Origin: Eledone cirrhosa
Lineage: Eukaryota
DNA: 64,000 nt
Assembly (NCBI GenBank): GCA_964016885.1
Contig: OZ024740.1
Coordinates: forward strand, 26,040,001 to 26,104,000
Direction of reading: 5' to 3'
A program made the translations under genes and the position numbers. The notes under the pieces were generated by a model. That model was not told the origin of the DNA. It saw only the letters and a list, made by a program, of their open reading frames with translations, and ran no database searches. Of the stretch, positions 47,712 to 62,798 are shown piece by piece. The first letter of the stretch is position 1; every line of letters starts with the position of its first letter.

Positions 47712-48270
47712 TAGTTGTTGTGGTAGTAGTTGTTGTGGTAGTTAGATACTAAACATATTTAAACATGTATGGAAGGTGTTGTTTTACTACAACAATAGCA
47801 ACAATAATTTCCATAATGCAATGAAAACAACAACAGCAGATCCACCAACAACAATAACAACAACAGCAGCACCACCAACAACAATAACAACAACAGCAGC
47901 ACCACCAACAACAATAACAACAACAGCAGCACCACCAACAACAACATCAACGAAAACAACAACAACAACAACAACAACAGCAACAACAGCAACAACAATA
48001 ACAACGACAACAACAACAGTAACAACAACAGCAGCAACTACAACAGCAACAACAGCAACAGCAACTACAACAACAACAACAACAACAACGACAGTAACAA
48101 CAACATCAACAGCAACAACAAAAACAACTACAACGACAGCAACAACAGCAACAGCAACTACAACAACAACAACGACAGTAACAACACAACAACAGCAACA
48201 ACAAAAACAACTACATCAACAACAACTGCAATAACATCAACAACAACAACAACAAAAATAACAACAACAT
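47500..48270. repeat. (GTA)n followed by (ACA/GCA)n arrays
   Basis: Directly visible. Confidence 0.9.
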
Positions 48271-48636
48271 CGTTACCATCAATAAAAACAAAACAATATA
48301 TATAACACAAACAAATTTAATACAGTCAAACATTGTAAGAACTTCTCAGAAAATAAGAGTAAAAAATGCGTATAATGGTATTAAAATAAAACTAAACTAC
48401 ATAGAGACAGTACAACAACAATAAACTATAAGGACAATCTACTATAACATATTAGGACAACAACAATAACAAGAAGATTTACAAAAGAATATGTAGAAAA
48501 GAAGAGTAAATGTATTTTGATTGTTGTGTGTTGATTTCTCATTTGTCTTGTTGTAATCCAGTGTGAAATGTTAGCATTTAATGGTGGGGTTAGCAGACAT
48601 TGTAGAAACTCATTACGTCACTGTATATCTATCTAT

Positions 48637-48786
<150 letters not shown>

Positions 48787-48947
48787 CATACATAGGGGTA
48801 TTTGTGTAGCTATCCGTATGTGATTGTGAGGCGATGGAGAGAGCGAAAGGGAACCAGAGTGATTGGGAATGAGATATAGTATAATAAAATGAGGCAGAGA
48901 TAATCACATACATGTACACACTCAGAATTACACACACACACGCATAC

Positions 48948-49004
<57 letters not shown>

Positions 49005-49517
49005 CATATGTTTGAGGCAGAGAGAGAGGGGGGGAGAGCGAATGTGGCGAGGAAAGAGAGAGGGAGAGGGAGAGAAAGAGAGAGAGAGAGCGAGAGACAG
49101 AGAGAGAGAGGGCGGCGGGGAGAAACAACATGAATGAAAATGGAGCAATGTGGCTTGAGAAGTAATATATATGTAGAGGATGGGAGGCGGGACATGTGGA
49201 GATGGAAGATGGAGATGGAATTCATTGAAGTAAAAATGGAGATAGAAAATATAAACAGTAAGACGTAATCAAATGGACTTAAAAAGTTTCTGAAAGACCA
49301 GATAGAATACGAAAAGGGGGAGAAATGGGTGTTTAAGAATTAAAGATTGAAAAATAAATGGTTAATGGAATGTAAAATGAAGAGAGGAACTAGCCAAAAT
49401 GTCAAACTGGCAGAAGGGAATGAGGAATTGAAAGAAAAGACAAAATAAATAAAAAGATATGGTGTAGTTACTTCTTAAAATCTAACTGAAATGACACTTT
49501 GCAATCTTACATCAATA

Positions 49518-49576
<59 letters not shown>

Positions 49577-49649
49577 ATGTGTGTGTGCGTGTGTATATAA
49601 ATATATACATACACACACACACATATATATATGTATATTATATATATAT

Positions 49650-49837
49650 AATTGTTTCTACTTTAGGCACAAGGCCAGCAATTACCCAGTGCATTACTGG
49701 TACTTTATTTTATCGACTCCGTAAGGATGAAAGGCAAAGTTAACCTCGGAGGGATTTGAACTCAGATCGTAAAGTGATGTAACTATGCTGGAAAGCATGG
49801 CGTCCGACCCTCTACTGATACTGCCAATCCACCGCCC
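49650..49837 (-). mobile_element. Full-length SINE, very similar to the copy inside the PLE ORF
   Basis: Near-identical to 4197-4373; inserted in (TA)n. Confidence 0.9.
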
Positions 49838-49883
49838 TTATATATATTATATATATATAATAAATGTAGAACGGTAACACATT

Positions 49884-49952
<69 letters not shown>

Positions 49953-50071
49953 TACATATATATATATACATACACATATATATATACATATATGTATATA
50001 TATATATATATATATGTGTGTATATATATTATATATATACATATATATATATACATACACATATATATACA

Positions 50072-50132
<61 letters not shown>

Positions 50133-50513
50133 CTGTGTGTAAGGTGTGTATGTGAATGTGTGTGTATTCTATTTTCTTCTGTTATATCGGAAACAACACT
50201 AGAATATATAGACAGAAGGGGCGGAGTTATGTTTAAAATGGCGGCTAATGGCTGACACAAAATAAGTAAAAAAACACCAATTCACCAGCATCAACAACCC
50301 ACCCGTCACAAACATCACATCACGTATTGTTTCAGACAAAAGCAGAACTAGTCCTGTAAGATCATTAATTTAATCAATGTATATATCCACAGTAATCTAT
50401 GTGCTGATGATGCGGCCTTCTCTTGTTTTTTTTCCGTTTGAAACGATAATAACGTGTCTCCCCCCCCTCTCTCCCCCCCTCTCTCTCTCTTTCCCATATA
50501 TATATATATATAT

Positions 50514-50716
50514 AACGAAGGAAATGTGGTAAGGAACCAGATGAATCATAACGCACCAAAGTACTCAATACTTAGGGTAGTAGAGTGGGTAATAGGAACA
50601 GTTATGACCCCGACGGCAGAGCTCAAGCCGTTTCGACGGCTAATTCTGGACTAAATTTAGTCCAGAATTAGCCGTCTAAATGGCTTGAGCTCTGCCGTCG
50701 GGGTCATACTTATTCC

Positions 50717-50718
<2 letters not shown>
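50514..50718 (-). mobile_element. Family A fold-back element
   Basis: Palindrome centred on CTGGACTAAATTTAGTCCAG. Confidence 0.8.
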
Positions 50719-52272
<1,554 letters not shown>

Positions 52273-52279
52273 CACACAG

Positions 52280-52425
<146 letters not shown>

Positions 52426-52427
52426 AT

Positions 52428-52629
52428 ATGAAAATGTATGACCCCGACGGCAGAGCTCAAGCCGTTTCGGCGGCTATTTCTGAAATTTTAGTCCAGAAAT
52501 AGCCGTCGAAACGGCTTGAGCTCTGCCGTCGGGGTCATACATTTTCCTATTACCCACTCTACTACACTAATTATTGAGTACTCTGGTTTGTTATGGTCCA
52601 TCTGGTTCCTTACCACAAATCCTTTGTTA
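52428..52629 (+). mobile_element. Family A fold-back element
   Basis: Same consensus. Confidence 0.8.
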
Positions 52630-52643
52630 TATATATATATAAT

Positions 52644-52676
<33 letters not shown>

Positions 52677-53462
52677 TTTCCCATCATTCGAATTAAATTT
52701 TTCCCAAATATACCAATGAACTTAGTGTTATCGGTGTCACAAACAAAACAAGGCTATTTTTAACCACTGGACATTATCTAAGTTCAGGAAAGGAGAGCCC
52801 CAAATCTTAGCACTAAGCTTGTGTTTATGGCCGAGTTTAATATTCCACTTTGATGAGTAAATATGTCCTCAACTCTAAGCAATCGATTACCAATCGAAAT
52901 AGAATATGATGTGATGTGGACATTGAGGTGTGTGTTCTGTTTGTGATGTGACCTATTACATAGATCTCTCCGCTTTCATACACAAATAAACACTGAGGCA
53001 TAAACGGCAAGATACTTTTCTCAAAAAATGCACTCATATATATATAATCTAAAAATATATAACATAGCTTCGTCTTGGAAATCATTATTGACGCCTGATC
53101 AATCAAAGAAGTGGAAATTCCTAATATATTTACGCACCTCATTGCTTGCATAATTTGTTCTAGATTGAACCCTGAAATCAAAAAGAAAAGAAAAGTGAGT
53201 TAATTCAAAGACTAGAATTTTAAAATATTTAAAATATGTTGCAAAAGAAAATATAAACCAAATTAAAAAAGCCATACAAAGTAAGCTTTCCACATACATA
53301 TATGCAAATATAAATACATAGATACATACACATATTTATACATACATACATGCGTTCGTACGTACATACATATATGTATACATAATCATATTCAAGCAAA
53401 TGTACTTATGTATCGACATATATTACACATACACAAGTGTACTCACAAATACATACAGATGA

Positions 53463-53552
<90 letters not shown>

Positions 53553-53819
53553 AAATCCTGGATAAACCTCCTACACCCGGATATATCTCCGCAAAAAGTA
53601 AGTCACTACTTGAGTGGGCCATGGTGTACAATTCCCGAATTGAAAGACTGGCCGAAACCTATCAAGCTTAAAGTTATATATATATATATATATTCATTAG
53701 TTAAGCAAAACAAAACCACAAATTTCACAAGGAAGACATTATTAAAAGACTGTCAACATATTTTAGTTCGATGTAAGGAATGTAGAGAATAATAATAATA
53801 ATAATATTAATAATAATAA

Positions 53820-55926
53820 TGTCCGTTTACAATTGTTTCGCTACTCCATATGATATTTCTGGATCAGATGACTATATATCATAATGGATCTGGTTCAGTT
53901 GAAAATAATTAACATATTTAAAAGACAGAGCGGCTCATCGGAACTTCAAAGGAATATCAATTAAAATAATGAGAGAATGTTACATAATATAATGTTCCAT
54001 ATATTGGTTTTTCACTATGGTGTCTTGGTTGCATCAGTTGTCAGCCATAATCAAGCAGTATTCATCTGTCGAGGCTGCATTGTGTGAGATCTGCCTATGG
54101 GTAACAAGATGGCTGCCAAAGAACATATTTACCTTACTAATTAGAGGGTGGTTTCAGGAGAAGTAACTCCTCGAGAGATTAGAAATTGTGGGTATTTATA
54201 GTTAAGTGATATTTTTTTAATGTTTTAATTGATAGACAATGTAGGAGTGGTAACTTATAATTGTCTAAGTTGTTCATAGCTATTTAACTTAATAGCTACA
54301 ATTAAAAATGGGGCTACATGACTAAGTTGGGTCAAATATTCTATTGGCGAAGGAATTAGCCCTTCGATGTTGACAGCTAATAGTTACCTCCGTTCTATCG
54401 TTAATCGGTAGAGGTCGTAATAGAGTTCTGTAATATGCTTCTGTAATACAGAGATCACAAGATTTTCTTCGTCCATTGAACGGTTGGGCCCTAGCCACGA
54501 TATCCCATTTTAGTGACTGTTGAACGTTGTTTAATTTAAGGTTTTTAATGAGCCTAGCTAGCGACGTCGAACATCTGTTTCTAGGGTCTCGGAAGGAAAA
54601 AGAGTGCGCGTTATAGCGTACCTTAAAAGGGTTAGAGGTAGACCCGATATAAGAGCTGGTATTCGAAGCTGTTTAAACCGTGCACCTATAGACAATGTTG
54701 GGTGTCAGGCAGTGTCCGTTTAATGGGCATGCATTGGGGTAACGGCAGTTGCAGTTGCTTCTGCGGCTAGTGAGAGTAGGGTAGTTTAACCTAGGCGGTA
54801 GGTCAGTGCTAGAAGGATTAGATGGGGGAGGTGTGCTACTAGAGTAATTATTAGTGTAGTGGCGTGATGTATTTGATAGGGGTGGTGGTACCGCGGTGTG
54901 GGAGTTATACTGTCTTAGTTTATGATGGTTACTGAATGCGATGTGGCTAGCTAGGTTAGGTGTTGTGGAGTATGAGATTTTAATGTTATTTTTATTAAAG
55001 AGTTTGTAATATCTATGGTTGGGGAGGAAATGTTTAGATAGGATAGAGTAGAAGCGTTTGGGGATATTAGTCGCTAGATTAGATGAGAATGAGGGGTTAA
55101 GCCAGGTAATATTTCTAGGTTTATTACTTCTAGGGGTTCTAGTGGAGTTGGTAGGGGCCTTCCTAGGGTTATTATTACCTGGGGATTTGTTATTTGTCAT
55201 CCCATTTCTCATTCCTATTCTAGTTTTGATTTTTAGTTTGCTACTTGGAGTGGGGAGCAGGCCGCTGACACCATTAGTAAGATCTTGTGATCTCTGTATT
55301 ACAGAAGCATATTACATAACTCTATCACGACCTCTACCGATTAACGATAGAACGGAGGTAACTATTAGCTGTCAACATCGAAGGGCTAATTCCTTCGCCA
55401 ATAGAATATTTGACCCAACTTAGTCATGTAGCCCCATTTTTACTTGTAGCTAATAAGTTAAATTGCTATGAACAACTTAGATAATTATAAGTTACCGCTC
55501 CTACATTGTCTCTCAATAATAAAATAAAAAAATTAGCACTTAACTATAAATACCCACAATTTCTAATCTCTCAAGGAGTTACTTCCCCTGAAACCACCCA
55601 CTAATTAGTAAGGTAAATATATCCTTTGGCAGCCATCTTGTTACCCATAGGCAAATCTCACACAATGCATCCTCGACAGATGAATACTGCTTGATTATGG
55701 CTGACAACTGATGCAACCAAGACACCATAGTGAAAAACCAATATATGGAACATTATATTATGTAACATTCTCTCATTATTTTAATTTATATTCCTTTGAA
55801 GTTCCGATGAGCCACTCTGACTTTTAAATATGTTAATTATGTTCAACTGAACCAGATCAATTATGATATATAGTCATCTGATCCAGAAATATCATATGGA
55901 GTAGCGAAACAATTGTAAACGGACAT
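53820..55926. mobile_element. Second PLE family: two 5'-truncated copies head-to-head, inserted in (ATT)n
   Basis: 53820-54465 inverted to 55283-55926; GIY-YIG C-terminal coding; hammerheads at 53825-53944 (-) and 55801-55920 (+). Confidence 0.88.
54322..55260 (-). pseudogene. PLE linker + GIY-YIG endonuclease fragment (internal TAA at 54673)
   Basis: WLNPSFS, CNCRYPNACPLNGHCL, IVYRC*..YIGSTSNPFKVRY..CDLCITE..CQHR. Confidence 0.85.
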
Positions 55927-55950
55927 TATTATTATTATTATTATTGTTAT

Positions 55951-57926
55951 TCCTTGAATCTCAGTCATTGATGTTGGTTAACTGGAAAGTCCGTTGGAAT
56001 GAATATCAAGCCACTACCTGCAGCCTCAGATATTCAGGACGTATCGGAGGGTTCTTGCTGTTCCAAGCAAGCATGCCTTTTGAAGCGTTCCAAAAAGCGT
56101 GAAGGGGCCGATTTTCTTTAACCATCCCTGGAAACTTTTGGAGATAGTCCCCAGTGCGCCTATGACAATCGGGATCACTTTGACTTCATGGCAGTTCCAA
56201 ATCCTTTTCACCTCCCACTTTAGGTCCTGGTATCGGTTAATTTTCTCCCTCTCCTTCTCTTGCACTCTCGTGTCGAACGGGCAGGCCACATCCACAATCA
56301 GATACGATCTTTTTTCTTTGTCCACAACCACCAGGTCAGGTCTATTGTGTTCCAGTTTTTTGTCCGTCTGTATCCTAAAATCCCACAGCACCTTCACCTG
56401 ATTGTTCTCCATCACAGCCTCCGGCCTATGCTCATACCATTTCTCAGAATGTGGTAAATTGTTTACTTTGCACAGGTGCCAGTGGATCACCCTGCCCATC
56501 ACATCGTGTCTCCAGCCCTTATAGTGGGTCTGGGCTAGGTGTTTACACTCGGACACAATGTGAGCCACAGTCTCCTCTCTCTCTCTCCACAGATCCTGCA
56601 CAGTTGGCTAGCCTCCTCCTTGTAAATATGGTGCTTCAACCACTTCGTTTTGAGGGCCTGCTCTTGCGCAGCCATTATCATTCCTTCTGTAGCCTTTTTG
56701 AGGTCTCCTCTTCTCAACCAGTTCCATGTCTGTGGATCTCTAAATTCAGTTTTCTCAAAGAAGGTACTATGAAGGGATTTTCCCTTAAGGCTGCTCTTCC
56801 TCCTTGATGTTATTTCCTCCTTGGACATCCCCTGGCCTACTGTCCCCTCCTTCAGTACAGCTTTGAGCATTGGCTCCTTACTATAGGTCACGTATTTGTA
56901 TAGGTTGTTTTTCTCCATCTGAACACAGTCCTCTATGCTGATAAGACCTCTTCCACCCTCAGATCTCCTTAGGTAGAGTCTATCGACATCACTCCTCTTG
57001 TGGAACATGTTGTAGATAGTCAATAGCTTCCTAGTCTTCCTATCCATTTCTTTTTGTTCAGCAACATTCCATCTCAGAATTCCCGCACTGTACCTAATAA
57101 TAGACACAGCTCGGGAATTTACTGCGCTTATGGCATTTCTGCTGTTCAGATGTGACTTCAATACGCTCCTTACTCTCCGAATGTATTCAGTTCTTAACAA
57201 TTCCTTCATTTTTTTGTTCTTTATGCCATCAGCCTCCAGAACGCCCAAATACTTGTATCCTTCCTCAGAGTCAATTTCCTTTATCATCTCACCTGTTGGT
57301 ATCTGGATCCCGCTACTTCTGCGCAACCTACCCCTCCTCATCACAATGACTCCACATTTACCAATACCAAACTGCATACATATATCACTGCTGAAAATAC
57401 GGACAGTGTCAACAAGCACATCCAACTCCTTCTCACTTTTCCCGAAGAGCTTAAGATCGTCCATGAAGAGGAGGTGATTGATGGTAAGCTCTCCCCTTCC
57501 CAACTTGTATCCTGCTCTCACTTTTCGCAGCATAATGGTCAAGGGCATTAGGGTAAGGACAAACAACAGAGGGGACAGGCTATCTCCCTGGAAGATACCT
57601 CTCTTGATCTTCACGCTTCCCAAGGATACTCCAGTTGATGTCAACTCTGTCTCCCAGGACCCCATACTCCTGCCCAGCAACTGTCTGATGTTATCTGCCA
57701 CCCTGAAGATTTCCAGGCTTTTGGTGATCCAAGAATGAGGCACCATGTCAAATGCCTTTCTGTAGTCTATCCATCCCATGGCAAGATCAGTGTGTCTCCT
57801 CCTGCAATTCCCCATTACCATCTTATCAATAAGTAACTGGTCCTTTGTACCATGTGACTTCTTTCGGCATCCTTTCTGTTCGTCCGGTAACAAGTTGTTT
57901 GTGTGGAGGTGATGGTAGATTTCCTC
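55951..57926 (-). mobile_element. 5'-truncated R4/Dong-like LINE with a +2 frameshift at the CCHC knuckle
   Basis: ORFs 56535-57893 and 56026-56601 are nearly identical to the 1130-aa ORF; (TAA)n tail. Confidence 0.93.
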
Positions 57927-58130
57927 TGAACCAGATCAATTATGATATATAGTCATCTGATCCAGAAATATCATATGGACTAGCGAAACAATTGTAAACA
58001 ATTGTAAACGGACATGGTAGAAACAATTGTAAACGGTGATGGTAGATTTCCAACTGAACCAGATCAATTATGATATATAGTCATCTGATCCAGAAATATC
58101 ATATGGACTAGCGAAACAATTGTAAACGGA

Positions 58131-58176
<46 letters not shown>

Positions 58177-58262
58177 GTTATTGTTATTCCTTGAATCTCA
58201 TTCATTGATGTTGGTTAACTGGAAAGTCCGTTGGATTGAATATCAAGCCACTACCTGCAGCC

Positions 58263-61200
58263 TCAGATATTCAGGACGTATCGGAGGGTCCTTGCTGTTC
58301 CAAGCAAGCATGCCTTTTGAAGCGTTCCAAAAAGCGTGAAGGGGCCGATTTTCTTTAACCATCCCTGGAAACTTTTGGAGATAGTCCCCAGTGCGCCTAT
58401 GACAATCGGGATCACTTTGACTTCATGGCAGTTCCAAATCCTTTTCACCTCCCACTTTAGGTCCTGGTATCGGTTAATTTTCTCCCTCTCCTTCTCTTGC
58501 ACTCTCGTGTCGAACGGGCAGGCCACATCCACAATCAGGCACGATCTTTTTTCTTTGTCCACAACCACCAGGTCAGGTCTATTGTGTTCCAGTTTTTTGT
58601 CCGTCTGTATCCTAAAATCCCACAGCACCTTCACCTGATTGTTCTCCATCACCGCCTCTGGCCTATGCTCATACCATTTCTCAGAATGTGGTAGATTGTT
58701 TATTTTGCACATGTGCCAGTGGATCACCCTGCCCATCACATCGTGTCTCCAGCCCTTATAGTGGGTCTGGGCTAGGTGTTTACACTCGGATACAATGTGA
58801 GCCACAGTCTCCTCTCTCTCTCCACAGATCCTGCACAGTGGGCTGGCCTCCTCCTTGTAGATATGGTGCTTCAACCACTTCGTTTTGAGGGCCTGCTCCT
58901 GCGCAGCCATTAGCATTCCTTCTGTAGCCTTTTTGAGGTCTCCTCTTCTCAACCAGTTCCATGTCTGTGGATCTCTAAATTCAGTTTTCTCAAAGAAGGT
59001 ACTATGAAGGGGTTTTCCCTTAAGGCTGCTCTTCCTCCTTGATGTTATTTCCTCCCTGGACATCCCCTGGCCTACTGTCCCCTCCTTCAGTACAGCTCTG
59101 AGCATTGGCTCCTTACTATAGGTCACGTATTTGTATAGGTTGTTTTTCTCCATCTGAACACAGTCCTCTATGCTGATAAGACCTCTTCCACCCTCAGATC
59201 TCCTTAGGTAGAGTCTATCGACATCACTCCTCTTGTGGAACATGATGTCGATAGTCAATAGCTTCCTAGTCTTCCTATCCATTTCTTTCTGTTCAGCAAC
59301 ATTCCATCTCAGAATTCCCGCACTGTACCTAATAATAGACACAGCTCGGGAATTTACTGCGCTTATGGCATTTCTGCTGTTCAGATGTGACTTCAATACG
59401 CTCCTTACTCTCCGAATGTATTCAGTTCTTAACAATTCCTTCATTTTTTTGTTCTTTATGCCATCAGCCTCCACAACGCCCAAATACTTGTATCCTTCCT
59501 CAGAGTCAATTTCCTTTATCATCTCACCTGTTGGTATCTGGATCCCGTTACTTCTGCTCAACCTACCCCTCTTCATCACAATGACTCCACATTTACCAAT
59601 ACCAAACTGCATACATATATCACTGCTGAAAATACGGACAGTGTCAACAAGCACATCCAACTCCTTCTCACTTTTCCCGAAGAGCTTAAGATCGTCCATG
59701 AAGAGGAGGTGATTGATGGTAAGCTCTCCCCTTCCCAACTTGTATCCTGCTCTCACTTTTCGCAGCATAATGGTCAAGGGCATCAGGGCAAGGACAAACA
59801 ACAGAGGGGACAGGCTATCTCCCTGGAAGATACCTCTCTTGATCTTCACGCTTCCCAAGGATACTCCAGTTGATGTCAACTCTGTCTCCCAGGACCCCAT
59901 ACTCCTGCCTAGCAACTGTCTGATGTTATCCGCCACCCTGAAGATCTCCAGGCTTTTGGTGATCCAGGAATGAGGCACCATGTCAAATGCCTTTCTGTAG
60001 TCTATCCATCCCATGGCAAGATCAGTGTGTCTCCTCCTGCAATTCCCCATTACCATCTTATCAATAAGCAACTGGTCCTTTGTACCACGTGACTTCTTTC
60101 GGCATCCTTTCTGTTCGTCCGGTAACAAGTTGTTTGTGTGGAGGTGATGGTAGATTTCCTCAGACACAATGCTCGTCAACAGTTTCCACATTACGGGCAG
60201 ACATGTCATAGGCCTATAGTTGGTAGCATCATTACCCTTGATTCGGTCTTTCATTATCAGAACTGTGGTACATTTTGTCAACCACTCTGGCACCTCACCC
60301 GACACCAAGCAGTCATTGAACATGGCCGTCAGCTTCGGGTGGAGGGATGTTAGATGTTTAATCCAATACCCCTGCACACCATCTGGGCCTGGTGATTTCC
60401 AGTTGGTTAGTTTTTTGGCTTGTCCCTTAAGAGTTTCAACTGTGATACTCAAATCAGTCTGTTGCTGTGCCTGCTCACCGATCTCCCTCTGTACTGTCTC
60501 AATCCACCCTGCCTGGGCATTGTGTCTAACATCCTGCTCCCATATTCCTCTCCAGAATGTTTTAGTTTGCTCCGCCCCAGGGATCAAGTCGTTGCCTCTT
60601 TCTTTGCCCTCAAGCTGTCCAAACAGCATCTTCTGGTTGTTGTCGAACATGCGGTTCTGTTTATACTGACTGACTCTGTTCTCGTATCGCCTGATTTTTG
60701 CACTCTTTGCTACAATGCGTTGCTTCAATTCCTCTATGATAATATTTAGCTTTTTACTCCTAGTTTTGTATTTTATTTCCAGTCTATTTTTAGTGCCTAT
60801 GTTTTTTAGTGTCCCATTCAGTAGTGACTCAAGCTTTCCTATGTCATTTCTCATTTCCCCGATTTGCCCACTCAGTCGCTTCTTCCACCACGGCTCTGCT
60901 CTTTCTTGTCTGTTGTTACCTCTCGCTTTTATACCAAGTAGTTTCCTCACCGTATTTGCTGTTGCTCTGAGGATATTGTTGCACTGGTGAAGGCTCCTCG
61001 CCTCAAGGTATGGGATGACTTTGTTTACCTTAGCTGTTGTTTCTTTTAACTTTTTCCTGTCTACAAATCTTAGGTTCATAGGTCTCCCACTATCATTGTT
61101 CAATTCATCTACCACTAAATTTAGGATGTCAACCGAATCTTGTCCTAGCCCGTCAGCATTCATCTCCTCAGTGGCCGTATCTCTGTTCCAGGTATTATTT

Positions 61201-61655
61201 ATCTCAGTACTCAGATCATTGTCTGCTTCGGGTGGTTCCTCCGTTCTCAGGACCTCCTCACCTTCATTTCCCACCGGCTCGCTTGTCTGGCATACTACAC
61301 CCGCCATCTCCAAGCCATTCTCTCTGCTCAGTTCCTCCAGTTCCAGCTCGCTTATCCACCCATTAGTTCTTATTACCCGAGCCTGCCCGGCCAATTTTTG
61401 TTCATCTAATTTAAATAAACCAATCTCGTTCCAGATGTTATGCATCCGTCTCCTGTAGCCCCTCTCCTTGGGGTTACTTTTCAGGTAGCATTGCATAACA
61501 GTTCTATTCAATTCTTTCGTCCAGTTGGTTCTGGCCCCTTTCCTTCTTCTCCTTCCTCCAACATCAGCAGTATTTGGTTGACAGTCAGGTTCCTGCTGCT
61601 GAGCCAGGGGGCACCTGTTGGGTGAGAGTCTGTCACATGACGTTCTAGTCTCCAT
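58263..61655 (-). CDS. Intact non-LTR retrotransposon polyprotein (RT, CCHC zinc knuckle, restriction-like endonuclease), R4/Dong-like
   Basis: [31 protein letters not shown]; [18 protein letters not shown]; RPD..D..EK..RY; (TAA)n target. Confidence 0.95.
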   Translation of the reverse strand: METRTSCDRLSPNRCPLAQQQEPDCQPNTADVGGRRRRKGARTNWTKELNRTVMQCYLKSNPKERGYRRRMHNIWNEIGLFKLDEQKLAGQARVIRTNGWISELELEELSRENGLEMAGVVCQTSEPVGNEGEEVLRTEEPPEADNDLSTEINNTWNRDTATEEMNADGLGQDSVDILNLVVDELNNDSGRPMNLRFVDRKKLKETTAKVNKVIPYLEARSLHQCNNILRATANTVRKLLGIKARGNNRQERAEPWWKKRLSGQIGEMRNDIGKLESLLNGTLKNIGTKNRLEIKYKTRSKKLNIIIEELKQRIVAKSAKIRRYENRVSQYKQNRMFDNNQKMLFGQLEGKERGNDLIPGAEQTKTFWRGIWEQDVRHNAQAGWIETVQREIGEQAQQQTDLSITVETLKGQAKKLTNWKSPGPDGVQGYWIKHLTSLHPKLTAMFNDCLVSGEVPEWLTKCTTVLIMKDRIKGNDATNYRPMTCLPVMWKLLTSIVSEEIYHHLHTNNLLPDEQKGCRKKSRGTKDQLLIDKMVMGNCRRRHTDLAMGWIDYRKAFDMVPHSWITKSLEIFRVADNIRQLLGRSMGSWETELTSTGVSLGSVKIKRGIFQGDSLSPLLFVLALMPLTIMLRKVRAGYKLGRGELTINHLLFMDDLKLFGKSEKELDVLVDTVRIFSSDICMQFGIGKCGVIVMKRGRLSRSNGIQIPTGEMIKEIDSEEGYKYLGVVEADGIKNKKMKELLRTEYIRRVRSVLKSHLNSRNAISAVNSRAVSIIRYSAGILRWNVAEQKEMDRKTRKLLTIDIMFHKRSDVDRLYLRRSEGGRGLISIEDCVQMEKNNLYKYVTYSKEPMLRAVLKEGTVGQGMSREEITSRRKSSLKGKPLHSTFFEKTEFRDPQTWNWLRRGDLKKATEGMLMAAQEQALKTKWLKHHIYKEEASPLCRICGEREETVAHIVSECKHLAQTHYKGWRHDVMGRVIHWHMCKINNLPHSEKWYEHRPEAVMENNQVKVLWDFRIQTDKKLEHNRPDLVVVDKEKRSCLIVDVACPFDTRVQEKEREKINRYQDLKWEVKRIWNCHEVKVIPIVIGALGTISKSFQGWLKKIGPFTLFGTLQKACLLGTARTLRYVLNI

Positions 61656-61956
61656 TTCACCGTTATTCGAACTGTTTATGTTCGATATTTAAACACTCTT
61701 ATCGAGGATTGGCGAATGTATGTTTACATAGCCATCTGTGGATCCGCCATCCCACTTGGCCCTTGTGTGGCATTATCACCACGCTGTATACGAACACACA
61801 TAAACAAACAAACACACAGGCAGAAAGGGCCCCAGAAATGAATAAGCATAAGTTTCATTGTAATGTAGTGTTCGAATGTCTGACTTAGTTTTAGTTTTTT
61901 AAGTTTTACTTTTCCCCCCCTCTTCTCTGTCCGTCCGCCTGCTTCTCTCTTCATTC

Positions 61957-62798
61957 TTATTTTCTTTACGTTTTTGGGGTTTCTTTTTTTTTTTTTTGTT
62001 TTTCTCTGTTTGTTTTTCTCGTTTTTTGCTGTTGTTGCTGTGCTGCTTTGGTTTTGTTGTTTGTTTTTTCTTTTTTCTTTTGGGTCTATCTATATATTTT
62101 GATGCCTTCCTCTTTGTTAGTAGTAGGAATTCTATAATGTGGAAGTAGCAGCCAGCAGGGAAGTGGGAGACTGGCGGCGTTAGCGATACTGAGACAGTGG
62201 TGGTGGTGATGTCGATACCGAGGCAGTGGTGGCGGTGATGTGACCGTATTACTGTAGTGATGGTGCTGTAGCGGAGTCAAGGGGTGGTGGCGGCGGTGCT
62301 GGGATAGTGGTGGTAATGATGGCCGTAGTGAGCGGTGGCGGTGAAGGTGAAAATGTGTCGTTATCTGGCTGTTGTGTTTAGTGTACACAGATGATGGGGT
62401 GGGTGGTGTATCTAGTTTCTGGTGTTGGTGAGTTTAGCTGTCCTATATAGTGTAGCCAGAGGAGAGGAGGGGAGGGGTTATTCTTCCATTTATAGCCATT
62501 TTTTTTTTGGATATACAGTGTACAATACAAAGTTGAATATTTGAATATTTGAGCCTTATAACAATATATTTTCTTTACGTTTTGAGCCTTATAACAATAT
62601 ATTTTCTTTACGTTTTGAGCCTTATAACAATATATTTTCTTTACTTTTGGGGGTTTCTTTTTTTTGTTTTTGTTTTTCTCTGTTTGTTTTTCTCGTTTTT
62701 TGCTGTTGTTGCTGTGCTGCTTTGGTTTTGTTGTTTGTTTTTTCTTTTTTCTGTTGGGTCTATCTATATATTTTGATGCCTTCCTCTTTGTTAGTAGT
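61957..62798. repeat. ~165-bp direct repeat (61957-62124 and 62633-62798) plus a 33-bp triplication (62547-62645)
   Basis: Direct comparison. Confidence 0.85.

Noticed and set aside
47447-48234. Poly-V, poly-L and mucin-like T-rich ORFs
   Set aside because: Trinucleotide repeats without splice or homology support
56099-61458. Plus-strand ORFs overlapping the LINEs
   Set aside because: Antisense shadows of the LINE coding strand
61700-61790. HDV-like ribozyme in the LINE 5' UTR
   Set aside because: Could not assign P1/P1.1 or a proper J4/2 by eye; only generic hairpins
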